A stretch of 30,728 nucleotides of DNA from Myxococcota bacterium (GCA_040752415.1 JBFMGU010000124.1:1-30728), one strand, 5' to 3'. Positions 16,531 through 26,395 are shown, numbered from the stretch's first letter. Made by a program: numbers and translations. Notes: generated by a model from the letters alone, not told the origin.

Positions 16531-17544
16531 TCAACGCTCCCGCCGCACGACCCGGTTGCGCAGCACGCCCAATCCCTGCACCTCCAACTCCACGACGTCG
16601 CCGGGCTTCAACCAGCGGTCCAGCTCCAGCCCGCACCCGCCCGGCGCCGTCCCCGAGCCGATGAACTCTCCCGGGTACAGCGTCTCATCCTGGGACACGT
16701 GCGCAATGATCTCCTCGAACGTGTGCCCCATCTCCTTGCTGCTCCCACGACTCCACTCCTGGCCGTTGACGCGCGCCACCATGGTCAAGGCGTAGGGATC
16801 GGGAACCTCGTCGGCGGTGACCAGCCAGGGACCCATGGCGTTGCCGGTGTCAAAGTCCTTTCCCTTGGCCGGCCCCAGACGGCCCTGCATCTCCTTGAGC
16901 TGCGCGTCGCGGGCGCTGAAGTCATTGAAGATGGTGAACGCCGCCATGTGCTCGCGCGCCTTCTCACGCGGAATGTCCTTGCCCTGCTTGCCGATGAACA
17001 CGCCGAACTCGAGCTCGTAGTCGAGCTTCTCGGTGTAGCGGGGCCAGATGACGTCGACGTCGGTGCCCACCACGCTGAAGGGATTGCTCTTGTAATAGAG
17101 GGGCTGCTGGTACCAGACGCGCGGCGCGCCAATCAGCGCACGCCCTGCCACCTTCTCGACGAGTGCATCCAGGTGCGCCAGCGGTGCGAAATGCCATTTC
17201 ACCACCGTGCGCGTGGCCCGCACCACGTGCTGCTCGAAGGCCATGCAGTCGCGGATGGAGCGCGGGCGGGGCACCGGGGCGAGCAGCTGCACGTCGGAGA
17301 GCGGGAAGATGGCGTTGGGCGGCTTCTGCGCGGCAAGGAAGTCCAGCGCCTGCTCCGCGGCCTCCCGGGCGGCCTGCGCACCGTCGAGGAAGGCCAGCGC
17401 GTCTGCCAGGTGCGGAGAGGACGTGCCACCACGCGCGAGCGCGCCTTGTTGCAGGTCGGCAATGGACTGGCCGTCGGTCATGAGCGCGCCCAGGCGCGGT
17501 GACGACGACGAAGCGGACTTGGGAATGAAGGTACAGAGCTTCAC
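16531..17544 (-). CDS. Fumarylacetoacetate hydrolase family protein
   Basis: LLAPVPRPRSIRD, LDYELEFGVFIGK, FTIFNDFSARDAQ, KGKDFD, GPWLVT, GSGT; GTG start MKLCTF at 17544. Confidence 0.92.
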   Translation of the reverse strand: MKLCTFIPKSASSSSPRLGALMTDGQSIADLQQGALARGGTSSPHLADALAFLDGAQAAREAAEQALDFLAAQKPPNAIFPLSDVQLLAPVPRPRSIRDCMAFEQHVVRATRTVVKWHFAPLAHLDALVEKVAGRALIGAPRVWYQQPLYYKSNPFSVVGTDVDVIWPRYTEKLDYELEFGVFIGKQGKDIPREKAREHMAAFTIFNDFSARDAQLKEMQGRLGPAKGKDFDTGNAMGPWLVTADEVPDPYALTMVARVNGQEWSRGSSKEMGHTFEEIIAHVSQDETLYPGEFIGSGTAPGGCGLELDRWLKPGDVVELEVQGLGVLRNRVVRRER

Positions 17545-17637
17545 GAGGCGGTCGTACCACACGCGGAACGCGACGGGGAGCCGCACCACGAGCCGCGGTC
17601 CGAACGTCACCCGTCGTCATTCCGTGTGAGGCGCGGT

Positions 17638-17844
17638 TCAGATGGCCTCGCGGTCCACCGCGTAGCGCGAGAACTTGTCCGGTTCCTTCATGAACTTCGC
17701 GGCGCACGCGTTGGAGCAGAAGTAGAAGGTCCTGCGTTGATGCGTCGCCGTGTGGGCCTTGTAGGGCTCCACCTCCTCGCCACAGACCGGGTCCGTGACC
17801 CGCGTGATGGCAGAAGGCTCGATGTACTGGTTGTGATGGGTCAT
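17638..17844 (-). CDS. YHS/TRASH metal-binding domain protein (68 aa)
   Basis: DPVCG...FYFCSNACAAKF..EPDKF; GAGGAG RBS before ATG 17844. Confidence 0.88.
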   Translation of the reverse strand: MTHHNQYIEPSAITRVTDPVCGEEVEPYKAHTATHQRRTFYFCSNACAAKFMKEPDKFSRYAVDREAI

Positions 17845-17993
17845 CGCCGCTCCTCGTGTCCTCGCCGGAGACTGCGGCGGTCCAGGCAGCCCCGGGGCTT
17901 CACGGAAGCACCTAACAACACGCTCATGACGACGCCAGACGGCCCGTGCTTCCGAGGAGGAAGACGCTCCCGGCCACGGCCACGACCTGGCGC

Positions 17994-18998
17994 TCAAGAC
18001 GCGGTCACGACGGAAGCAACCTGGAGCGCACGCCGACAGACGTCCGCGGGATCCGCGGGCCATGCCAGGCGCAAGCGGACCGTGCGCTGCTGCTGGAACA
18101 CCTCCGCTCCCGCCACCACCACGCGCGGCGCGCGGGGACGCCGGCCAATCTCGTCAAGCGTCTTCAGCGTCTGCGCATCCGCCGGCGGGTCCACCACGAG
18201 CAGGAGGTCCAGTGCTTCCCCGGCCATGACGTCGAGGACGCTGTCCACCGAGCGCTCCTCGAAGATGCGGGGAACCTGCGTCCTCAGCGCCTCGCGCAGC
18301 TGGGCGCGGATGCGCGCGTCGCTGGCCACCACGCACGCGGTGTGCAGCGTGGTCGACGACGTCACCTGCTGGGTCACGCCCGCGTCCCCGCGCGTGGTGT
18401 CGCCGGCGCCGTGCCACAGGAGGAACTCGCCGGTGGACGCGGTGAGGAATTCCCCCGGGCCCAGCGGCTCCAGTCGCGCGCGCACGTCCGGCAGGTTCTC
18501 CACCGTGGGGAGCAGCGCGGTTCCCACGACGAGCGGAGGGTCCTCGTCGGGCGCGGCTGTCTGCCCGTAGGTCTCGTCGAGCTTGCGGGTCAGCGCGGCT
18601 TCGTCCACCAGGAGCACGTCGAGGTCACAGCCGGTGACGCGCCTGACGGCGGGGATGGCAACGTCGTCGGTGGGGTCGCTGGCGGCCAGGCGGAGCACGG
18701 AGCGGTTCCCTGACGACGTCAGGCCCACCGGCAGCACGCGACGCATCCGCGCCAGGACCTCCGGGACCAGCCGGGCCACGTCGGGAGGGATGGTCATGCG
18801 GCCCAGCGCCAACGGCGGCAGGGCCAGACGCGTTCCCAGGAGGGCACTGATGCGCGTGGGCTCCGCCAGGCCCGCACGCACGACGAGGTACGCCAGCCCC
18901 AGCCCCGAGCTCTCCTGTTGGTCTCGCAGCGCCTGCAGGGTCGTGGCGTCGAGGATGCGCTCCTCGAGGAGCATCTGGCCGAGGGAGGCGCCGCCCAT
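17994..18998 (-). CDS. GspE/MshEN N-terminal-like domain protein with no ATPase, possible degenerate receiver-like C-terminus
   Basis: LGQMLLEERIL...LAYLVVRAGL, LVPEVLARMRRVLPV, LRLAASDPTD; no Walker motifs. Confidence 0.75.
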   Translation of the reverse strand: MGGASLGQMLLEERILDATTLQALRDQQESSGLGLAYLVVRAGLAEPTRISALLGTRLALPPLALGRMTIPPDVARLVPEVLARMRRVLPVGLTSSGNRSVLRLAASDPTDDVAIPAVRRVTGCDLDVLLVDEAALTRKLDETYGQTAAPDEDPPLVVGTALLPTVENLPDVRARLEPLGPGEFLTASTGEFLLWHGAGDTTRGDAGVTQQVTSSTTLHTACVVASDARIRAQLREALRTQVPRIFEERSVDSVLDVMAGEALDLLLVVDPPADAQTLKTLDEIGRRPRAPRVVVAGAEVFQQQRTVRLRLAWPADPADVCRRALQVASVVTAS

Positions 18999-19056
18999 GC
19001 ACTGGTGTTCTAGTCGGCGGGGGGAGGAGAGAAAACGTGTTAGTCAAGCTCCCGGA

Positions 19057-19512
19057 ATGGACGACCTCGAGATTGCGCTCGCCACGGAAGTGGACATCGA
19101 CGCCATGCATCAGATTCGGCTGGCCGTCCGGGAGAACCGCCTGAGCGATCCTCGCCGGGTCCAGCCGAAGGACTACCAGCCCTTTCTCCGTGACGATGGA
19201 AGAACGTGGGTGGTGCGGAGCAGGGGACGAATCGTGGGGTTCGCCGCGGTGGATGTCAGGCGCGCCAATGTCTGGGCGCTGTTCGTGGACCCGGACCACG
19301 AGGGCCGTGGCGTCGGACGTTTGCTGCACGACACCATGATGGCCTGGTTCTTTGGCCACGCGCATCCCGAAGTCTGGTTGAGCACGGAGCCGGGAACACG
19401 GGCCGAACGTTTCTATTGCGCTGCGGGATGGCGTCGGACGGGCCAGGCGTCCCATGGCGACGTCCGGTTCGAGATGACGAGGGCGGAGTGGATTCGTCGC
19501 AACGGCACGTGA
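19057..19512 (+). CDS. GNAT family N-acetyltransferase
   Basis: VRENRLSDP, IVGF, WALFVDPDHEGRGVGRLL (motif A), RAERFY..AGW; real start ATG 19057. Confidence 0.92.
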   Translation: MDDLEIALATEVDIDAMHQIRLAVRENRLSDPRRVQPKDYQPFLRDDGRTWVVRSRGRIVGFAAVDVRRANVWALFVDPDHEGRGVGRLLHDTMMAWFFGHAHPEVWLSTEPGTRAERFYCAAGWRRTGQASHGDVRFEMTRAEWIRRNGT

Positions 19513-19596
19513 GGCGTGCGCAGGGACCGAACCGCCATTCCGCAGCGCACCATGCAAGGACCGCTCGCCTTCATCACCATGCCGGCGCCCATGGCG

Positions 19597-20487
19597 TCAT
19601 GGAGTCCCGGTCCCAGGTGCCGTGACCACAGCTTCCGCCCGAAACGGTGGTGGCATCAGCTTCGGTGGCGGTCCCGGGTTTGCAGAGGTGGATCGCGGAG
19701 CGTCTGACGTCAGGAACGGCGACGGGATGAGCGGGTGCAGGAGTTGGCGAAGGAAGCCACGGGGAACGGATTCCGTCACTCCCAGGGGATAGTTCTCGTC
19801 GAGGGGGCGATGGTGGGTTCCGAAGATGATGTCGAGGTACGGCGCAAGATTGGCAAAGTTGTGTCGACAGTGGTCCGCGCGCGCGTGATGCCACCGATGC
19901 AACACCGGGTCTCCCAGGAGCAGTCCCACCCATCCCAGATCCACCCGGACATTGCTGTGAACGAAGACGGCGCACAGGGAGCGCAGCACCAACAGCGGAC
20001 CCACCGCGGTGACGTCGACGCCGAGCACGACGGCGGGGAGGTTGAGCCACAGCTGGCTGTACAGACCATCCAACGGATGCTCGCGGTGCGCGGCAATCCA
20101 GTCGAGGTGCGTGGATGAATGATGGACGGCGTGGAAGCGCCAGAGCAGAGGGAAGACGTGGCAGGCGCGGTGCGCCCAATACAGGAGAACATCCCCCAGC
20201 ACGGTGACCAGCAGGACCTGGAGCACAACCGGCAGCGCATGAACCCGCTTCACCATGGCGGCCGGGCCCAGCGGCCCGAGGAAAAGCTGGAGCCTGCTGT
20301 TGAACCACACCATCACGCCCACCATCACCAGGTACTGGAAGATGAGGAAGGTGACGTCGAGAGAGAGGCCGGGCCGGACATGTCCTTGGGGGCGCGCGGG
20401 CAGCACCCGCTCGAGCGGCACGAACACGGCAATCATCGCCACGACCGCGATGGCCAGGTCGACCAGGGCGTCCTCGAGTTGGGTCAT
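19597..20487 (-). CDS. Sterol desaturase / fatty acid hydroxylase family protein
   Basis: His boxes YWAHRACH, WRFHAVHHS, HPLD, FVHSN, HRWHH, HNFA; N-terminal FVPLER; ATG 20487. Confidence 0.92.
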   Translation of the reverse strand: MTQLEDALVDLAIAVVAMIAVFVPLERVLPARPQGHVRPGLSLDVTFLIFQYLVMVGVMVWFNSRLQLFLGPLGPAAMVKRVHALPVVLQVLLVTVLGDVLLYWAHRACHVFPLLWRFHAVHHSSTHLDWIAAHREHPLDGLYSQLWLNLPAVVLGVDVTAVGPLLVLRSLCAVFVHSNVRVDLGWVGLLLGDPVLHRWHHARADHCRHNFANLAPYLDIIFGTHHRPLDENYPLGVTESVPRGFLRQLLHPLIPSPFLTSDAPRSTSANPGPPPKLMPPPFRAEAVVTAPGTGTP

Positions 20488-20675
20488 GGCGGTCCCCCGT
20501 CGGAGGAAGCGGCTTTCACGCCACCGTCGGCGGAGATGGCCGCGGCTCTTTCCGCCTTCTTCCTCTGCATGGCTCCAAATTTGGGACCGACGATGGCCGC
20601 AAACGTGAGCAGGATGAACCCGACAATCAGCACTTCCCAGATGGTGAGGAACGCCTTCTTCTTCTTTTCCGACAT
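20484..20675 (-). CDS. Small membrane protein with a prepilin-like N-terminus (63 aa)
   Basis: MSEKKKKAFLTIWEVLIVGFILLTFAAIVGPKF...; its stop overlaps the desaturase start (ATGA at 20484-20487). Confidence 0.7.
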   Translation of the reverse strand: MSEKKKKAFLTIWEVLIVGFILLTFAAIVGPKFGAMQRKKAERAAAISADGGVKAASSDGGPP

Positions 20676-20977
20676 CCCCACAACCTCGCCCGCGTTGTGA
20701 CGTTGAGCAAGCGCTTGCGCGAGGTTGGAGCACCCCCAACCCGAGGGAGGAGTGGCTTCGTCGTCGAGCCAGTTGACCGGCGAGGCGGATGAAGGAACGA
20801 CACGCCGGGCTCGCGAGCCGCGTGTTGCCCGCGCCATCGTCGCAACGTTCCGCAAGCAGGAGCCGGGGCCGGTTCGGGTGGGGCACACGGCGGGGTGACG
20901 ACCCAACACGGACGCGGGTAAGTTGTCCGGGCCTGTCCCCGCTGGTTCACCCGGTGTTGCCCACGAGGTGGAATGCA

Positions 20978-21823
20978 GTGCTCGGTCCTGTGGTGCTTCC
21001 CTGCCTGTTGCTCCTGGGCGCTGCCCCGACGACACCCGCGCCTCCCGTCACGCGCACGCTGGCGGTCTTCTCCCTGGAGCCCAAGGTGGGCGTTCCCAAG
21101 CCCGTGGCCGACCTCTTGAGTGAGACGTTGGTGGCGGAGCTGCGGTCGTCCAAGGCGTTTGCCCGGGTGGTCAGTCCCCGGGAGATTGCGGTGTTGATGC
21201 CGGCGGAGCAGCAGAAGTTCCTCATCCAGTGCGCATCCGACCAGTGCGGGATGGTCGACGAGGACCTGGCGGGTGTGTTGGGGGTTTCTCATCTGCTGGT
21301 GGGAAGCCTGGGCCGACTGGGAACGTCCTATTTGCTCAACCTCAGGATCCTGGAGCTGCGGACCAGCGTGGCCGTGGCCACCGTGGCCGAGCGCATCAAG
21401 GGTCAGACGGATGAAGCGCTGCTGGATGCCATGGGCCCGGCGGTGCACAAGCTCCTCGTCGACGGAGGCTGGGCGCCGGAACCCCAGGCTCCCAAGGACG
21501 TCGTCGCCGCACCGTCACCCGCGGCGGAACCAACCTCGGCGGAACGGTCCAGTCCGCTGAAGCTGGCCCGGCTGGGGCTGCGCGTGCTGGGCGGCGTGGG
21601 GCTGGTGGTGGGAGCGGTGGCGCTCCTGGGTGGGCTGACGGCGGCCGCCACCGCGGGGACGAGTGTGTTGGCGGTGCGGGTGCCACGCTCGGACCACTAT
21701 GTTCCCCAGCTGCAAGCGGCTTTTGCCGTGGGCTCGGTGAGCGCGTTGGTGTCCTTGGCGCTGACGGTGGCATTCGCGGGATTGGGAGTGACCCTGTTGG
21801 CCGCGTCGGCGGCGCCGCTGTAG
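20978..21823 (+). CDS. Exported protein with a TolB-N/CsgG-like alpha/beta domain and C-terminal hydrophobic helices
   Basis: Signal-like N-terminus; CASDQC...LAGVLGVSHLLVGSLGRLGTSYLLNLRIL pattern; Pro-rich linker; two TM-like segments; GTG 20978 after GAGGTGG. Confidence 0.6.
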   Translation: MLGPVVLPCLLLLGAAPTTPAPPVTRTLAVFSLEPKVGVPKPVADLLSETLVAELRSSKAFARVVSPREIAVLMPAEQQKFLIQCASDQCGMVDEDLAGVLGVSHLLVGSLGRLGTSYLLNLRILELRTSVAVATVAERIKGQTDEALLDAMGPAVHKLLVDGGWAPEPQAPKDVVAAPSPAAEPTSAERSSPLKLARLGLRVLGGVGLVVGAVALLGGLTAAATAGTSVLAVRVPRSDHYVPQLQAAFAVGSVSALVSLALTVAFAGLGVTLLAASAAPL

Positions 21824-21830
21824 GTGACGG

Positions 21831-24062
21831 ATGCGTGGGAAACTCCTTCTCTTCTCCGTCGTCACCACGCTGGCCGCGTGCGATGCGCTGTTCTTCTGGT
21901 GGCCGGCCTCCAGCTGTGAGACGGACCAGGACTGTCGCGCGGAGAACTTCTGCTCCGGCGGGCTCTGCCAACCCAGGACCCCGATGTCGCCGGATGCGGG
22001 AAGCACGGGGCAGGGAATTGACGACGTGGTGTCGCTGTCCGCCGGGGAACAGCACACCTGCATGGTGAAGGCGGATGGGACGCTGTGGTGCTGGGGCAGC
22101 AACACCTACGGTCAGCTGGGGCAGGGGAACCTGAACCACCAGGGTCAGCCGACGCGCGTGGGCGTGGAATCCGACTGGGTCATGGTGAGCGCGGGCACGC
22201 GGCACACCTGCGGCATCCGACGGCCGGGGTCGCTGTGGTGCTGGGGCGAGAATCTGAGTGGACAAGCCGGACTCGGTGCCCGACCGACCGCGTACCTCCC
22301 GCTGCAGGTGGGCGACGCGGAGGATTGGAGGGAGGTGGCGGCCTCCGACGTCAACACCTGTGGCCTGCGCGGAACCGCACCTTCGCTCCTGCTGTGCTGG
22401 GGGAACACGGGTGTGATTCCCGCCGGCATCAGCAACGTCCCCGCGGAAGTGGCGGACCAGCACGACTACAAGACCCTGACCGTGGGCTGGCGCCACGCCT
22501 GTGCCATTTCCGTCGACGGCGCGCTGTGGTGCTGGGGCGACAACAACTACGGACAGCTGGGCCTGGGCGACGAGCTGCCCCACGTGGGCGTGACACGCGT
22601 GGGAGATGGAACCGACTGGACCTCCGTCTCCACGGGCTTCTTCCACACCTGCGGCGTGCGCGCCGGATTCCTCTTCTGCTGGGGCGTCAACGACGTCTAC
22701 CAGCTGGGCACTGTTGCCGTGGTCAGGGAAAACGCGCCCTACCAGGTGACGGCGGCTCCGGAATGGCGGGCGGTCCGGGTCTCCGCCAACACCAGCTGCG
22801 GGCTGAAGAATGACAACACGTTGTGGTGCTGGGGCTACAACCAAGGGGGCCAGGTGGGTGACGGCACGCTGAAGAATCCCGTCGAGCCGGTGCAGGTGAC
22901 GGGGTTGGAATGGACGCTGGTGGAGGTGGGTGGCGTCCATGCGTGCGGCGTGGGCGCGCAGGGGTTGGCGTGCTGGGGCCTCAATGACCGCGGTCAGCTG
23001 GGCCTGGGGACGGTGGGAGCCAGCGTGGAGCCCGTGTTGGTCGCGGAAGGGGAAACGTGGAAACACGTGGCCACCGGGGAGGGGCACGCGTGCGCCATCC
23101 GCCACGACGACACGCTGTGGTGCTGGGGCGACGGACGGGAAGGACAGCTGGGCGTCGACGACCGGAACCAGCGGCTGACACCGACGCAGGTGGGCGATGG
23201 CACCTGGCGCACCGTGGTCGCCGGCACCCGTCACACCTGCGGTCTCCGCTCCGACGCGACGGCCTGGTGCTGGGGCGACAACACCCATGGCCAGTTGGGG
23301 GATGGGACCTACCTGGATGACACCGCCGACAAGCTCAAACCCACCGCGCCTCTTGGCGCGCCCGTCATGATGTGGCTGGCGGCGGGCACGCAGCACACCT
23401 GTGGCATCCGCGACGACGGGCGACTGGTCTCCTGGGGCGCCAACGTCGTCACGCCGACGCAGGAGGACCCCCGGGATGACTGGGACGGGACCGTGGTCAC
23501 GAGCACCGCGCCCGCGGCGTACACCTCCTGTGCGTTCCGGAATGACAACTCCGTGTGGTGTTTTGACAACGCGCTGGGCGCCAACACCGCACCGCTGGAA
23601 TGGGGCGTGGGCGGCAGCTGGCGGACCGTGGCGCATGCCACCTCCGTCGCGTGCGCCATCGACACCAGCAACGCCGCGTTCTGCCTGGGTGAGAATCGCC
23701 TGGGGCAGGTGGGCAGCAACTCCGGGGAGCCCTTCCACACCACGCTCACCCGCGTGGCCGGCAATCATGCGTTCAGGGACGTCCGGCCCACCGTCGGCTA
23801 CGTCTGCGCCATCACCACCGGGGAGGAGCTCCTGTGTTGGGGCGGCACCGCGCAGTACGGAGTCGCCGAACAGGACTCGATGGTCCCCGTCATTCGCGGC
23901 GCGGACGCACGCTGGCGGCAGATCAGCACCAGTGGCTCGTTCATGTGCGGCATCAAGACCGACAACACGCTGTGGTGCTGGGGCTACGCCGGTTTTGGTG
24001 TGCTGGGGAACGGCGCGGGCGGACGCACCACGCCCACCCTGGTCCCATCACCGCCCACCTGA
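21831..24062 (+). CDS. RCC1/BLIP-II beta-propeller repeat lipoprotein
   Basis: Lipobox LAAC; Cys-rich CETDQDC...FC..GLC module; more than 12 repeats of AG..HTCG...G.LWCWG.N..GQLG. Confidence 0.92.
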   Translation: MRGKLLLFSVVTTLAACDALFFWWPASSCETDQDCRAENFCSGGLCQPRTPMSPDAGSTGQGIDDVVSLSAGEQHTCMVKADGTLWCWGSNTYGQLGQGNLNHQGQPTRVGVESDWVMVSAGTRHTCGIRRPGSLWCWGENLSGQAGLGARPTAYLPLQVGDAEDWREVAASDVNTCGLRGTAPSLLLCWGNTGVIPAGISNVPAEVADQHDYKTLTVGWRHACAISVDGALWCWGDNNYGQLGLGDELPHVGVTRVGDGTDWTSVSTGFFHTCGVRAGFLFCWGVNDVYQLGTVAVVRENAPYQVTAAPEWRAVRVSANTSCGLKNDNTLWCWGYNQGGQVGDGTLKNPVEPVQVTGLEWTLVEVGGVHACGVGAQGLACWGLNDRGQLGLGTVGASVEPVLVAEGETWKHVATGEGHACAIRHDDTLWCWGDGREGQLGVDDRNQRLTPTQVGDGTWRTVVAGTRHTCGLRSDATAWCWGDNTHGQLGDGTYLDDTADKLKPTAPLGAPVMMWLAAGTQHTCGIRDDGRLVSWGANVVTPTQEDPRDDWDGTVVTSTAPAAYTSCAFRNDNSVWCFDNALGANTAPLEWGVGGSWRTVAHATSVACAIDTSNAAFCLGENRLGQVGSNSGEPFHTTLTRVAGNHAFRDVRPTVGYVCAITTGEELLCWGGTAQYGVAEQDSMVPVIRGADARWRQISTSGSFMCGIKTDNTLWCWGYAGFGVLGNGAGGRTTPTLVPSPPT

Positions 24063-24092
24063 CGCGGTGGGGGAGGATTGCTGCAACGCAAC

Positions 24093-24134
24093 AAATGCAA
24101 AGGCCCGCGACGCCACGAGGGAGCCGCGGGCCTT
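24093..24134 (-). terminator. Probable intrinsic terminator of the phaC-ligase-fabG operon
   Basis: AAGGCCCGCG(24100-09)/CGCGGGCCTT(24125-34) stem; minus strand reads CTTTGCATTTGTT after it; lies between convergent genes. Confidence 0.6.
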
Positions 24135-24155
24135 CACGATGGGGCACGGGGAAGA

Positions 24156-24902
24156 TCAGGTCCCCATCACCAGGCCGCCGTCCACGCCCAGCACCTGACC
24201 GGTGATGAACGAGGCCTCGTCGGAGGCGAGGAACAGGTACGCCCGGGCGATGTCGACGGGCTCACCCAGCCGGTTCATCGGCGTGCGCTGCTGCATGGTG
24301 GAGAGGATGTCCGCCGGCATGGCCGCGGTCATGTCCGTCTTGATGAACCCCGGCGCCACCGCGTTCACGCGCACGCCCTTGCGACCGAGCTCACGCGCCC
24401 ACACCTTGGTCAGACCAATCACGCCCGTCTTGGTGGCGACGTAGTTGGACTGCCCGAAGTTGCCGTAGGTGGCCACCACGGAGCTGGCGTTGAGGATCAC
24501 GCCGCCGGTGGCCTTCTGCACCATGACGCGCGCCACGGCCTGGCCCATCAGGAAGACGCCCTTGAGGTTGACGTCGATGACGTCGTCCCACTGGTTCTCC
24601 TCCATCTTGAGCAGGGAGATGTCGCGGGTGATGCCGGCGTTGTTCACCAGCACATCCACGCGGCCAAACGCCTCCACCACGCGCAGCACGGCCTTCTCCA
24701 CGTCGGCCTTGTCGGCCACGTTGCAGGAGAGGGCCAGTGAGCCCGCGCCGCACGCGGCGGCGGTGGCGTGAGCGCCCGCTTCATCCCGGTCCAGCGCAAC
24801 CACCTTGGCGCCTTCCCGTGCAAACAGCTCGGCCGTCGCGCGGCCAATACCCTTGGCGGCGCCGGTAATCAGCGCCACCTTGCCATCCAGTCTACCCGTC
24901 AT
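24156..24902 (-). CDS. fabG: SDR 3-oxoacyl-ACP/acetoacetyl-CoA reductase (FabG/PhaB-like)
   Basis: ITGAAKGIG, NNAGITRD, GNFGQSNYVATK (YxxxK), VNAVAPGFIKTDM, VDGG; ATG 24902. Confidence 0.88.
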   Translation of the reverse strand: MTGRLDGKVALITGAAKGIGRATAELFAREGAKVVALDRDEAGAHATAAACGAGSLALSCNVADKADVEKAVLRVVEAFGRVDVLVNNAGITRDISLLKMEENQWDDVIDVNLKGVFLMGQAVARVMVQKATGGVILNASSVVATYGNFGQSNYVATKTGVIGLTKVWARELGRKGVRVNAVAPGFIKTDMTAAMPADILSTMQQRTPMNRLGEPVDIARAYLFLASDEASFITGQVLGVDGGLVMGT

Positions 24903-24904
24903 TG

Positions 24905-26395
24905 TCAACGACCCCATTGCTCTTTGAGCACCGGTTTGAGGACCTTGCCGCTTGCATTGCGCGGCAGGGAGGGAACAAACACCACACTCTTGGGAACCTT
25001 GTATTTCGCCAGGCGCTCCTTGCAGTGCGCCAGGATGTCCCCCTCGGAAAGCGTTGCGCCGGAACGCAGCACCACCACGGCGCGACCCACCTCCCCCCAA
25101 CGTGCGTCATGCAGGCCAATCACGGCCACCTCGGCCACTTCGCTGCGCTGCAAAATGACCTGCTCCACCTCCGCCGGGTACACGTTCTCCCCGCCGGAGA
25201 TGAACATGTCCTTCTTGCGGTCGACGATGTAGTGGAACCCCTCCTCGTCGCGCCTGGCCAGGTCACCGGTGCAGAACCAGTCACCGCGGAAGGCGGCGCG
25301 CGTGGCGACCTCATTGCGGAAATAGCCGTTGAACACCACCGGTCCGCTGAGCTGCAGCTCACCCACCTCGCCGGGCTTCACCTCGTTGCCGTTCTCGTCG
25401 ACGATGCGGGCCTGCAGGTAGAAGTTGGGCAGACCAATGGAGCCCATCTTGGCGTAGACGTGGGTCTCCGGGAGCGAGAAGTCATTGGGCCCCACCTCGG
25501 TCATGCCGAAGCCCTGGCGGAACTGCAGGCCGCGGGCCTTGTAGGTCTCGATGAGGCCGAGCGGGCAGGGCGCGCCGCCCACCAGGATGAAGCGCACCGA
25601 CGAGAAATCCGTGGTCTTGAACGCCGCGCACTCCGCCACGCCTTCAAACGTGGTGGGCACGCCCATGTGCGCGGTGATGCGCTCCTGCTCGGTGAGTTGG
25701 CACACGCGCTCCGGATCAAAACGCTTCATCAGCACCACGCGACCACCGTGATGGAAGATGGGCGTGGCCAGGCAGTTGAGTCCGCCGGTGTGGAAGAGCG
25801 GGAGGAACACCAGCGTGGAGTCGCGGTTGGACAGCCCCACGGCCAGGTTGGTGTTGTGCGAGTTGTAGATGAGCTGGCGGACCGGGAGCATGGCGCCCTT
25901 GGGCCGGCCCGTGGTCCCCGACGTGTAGAGCAGGATGGCCACCTCATCCAGGCCCACCGGCTCCAGCGCCAGCGGCGCCGCCGACTGCGCGCCCACCAGG
26001 TCCTCGTACGCGGCGCCAAAGGACACCTTGCGCGGAGCTTCCAGCGCGTCGGCCAGCTCACAGCAGGTGGAGTCATGGAAGAGCACGCGCGGGTCCGCGT
26101 CCTTCATGATCTCGGCGAGCTCGAAGCGGGACAGACGCCAGTTGAGCGGCGTGAAGATGGCGCCCAGCTTCATGCAGGCAAACAACAGCTCGAACTGCTC
26201 TCCGCAGTTGTGCGCCAGCACCGCCACGCGCTCGCCCTTCTTCACGCCCGCCGCGGTGAGCGCGCGCGCCAGCCGGATCACCCGCTCATGCAGCTGCGCG
26301 TAGGTGAGCCTGCGGCCGGTGTCCGGTTCAAACAGCGCCTCCGCCTGCGGCGTGCGCGCGGACCAGTGCTGCAACCAATCTGCATAGTGGATCAT
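24905..26395 (-). CDS. Long-chain fatty acid--CoA ligase (AMP-binding, MenE/FadD-like)
   Basis: YTSGTTGRPKG, GFGMTE, TGDLA, DRKKDMFISGGENVYPAEVE, LPRNASGK; ATG 26395 overlaps the phaC stop (ATGA). Confidence 0.92.
   Translation of the reverse strand: MIHYADWLQHWSARTPQAEALFEPDTGRRLTYAQLHERVIRLARALTAAGVKKGERVAVLAHNCGEQFELLFACMKLGAIFTPLNWRLSRFELAEIMKDADPRVLFHDSTCCELADALEAPRKVSFGAAYEDLVGAQSAAPLALEPVGLDEVAILLYTSGTTGRPKGAMLPVRQLIYNSHNTNLAVGLSNRDSTLVFLPLFHTGGLNCLATPIFHHGGRVVLMKRFDPERVCQLTEQERITAHMGVPTTFEGVAECAAFKTTDFSSVRFILVGGAPCPLGLIETYKARGLQFRQGFGMTEVGPNDFSLPETHVYAKMGSIGLPNFYLQARIVDENGNEVKPGEVGELQLSGPVVFNGYFRNEVATRAAFRGDWFCTGDLARRDEEGFHYIVDRKKDMFISGGENVYPAEVEQVILQRSEVAEVAVIGLHDARWGEVGRAVVVLRSGATLSEGDILAHCKERLAKYKVPKSVVFVPSLPRNASGKVLKPVLKEQWGR

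Noticed and set aside
1321..18998. A c-di-GMP gene cluster (GGDEF + PilZ + MshEN)
   Set aside because: The genes are kilobases apart in separate transcription units, and such domains are abundant in this type of genome
18583..19056. N-terminal extension of the GNAT ORF
   Set aside because: Antisense to the MshEN-like gene; the GNAT domain starts at ATG 19057
21396..23768. Long antisense ORFs (also 2440-4119, 3977-5950, 11928-13757, 13247-15058, 24902-26572)
   Set aside because: Typical high-GC shadow frames opposite well-supported genes, with no recognisable motifs
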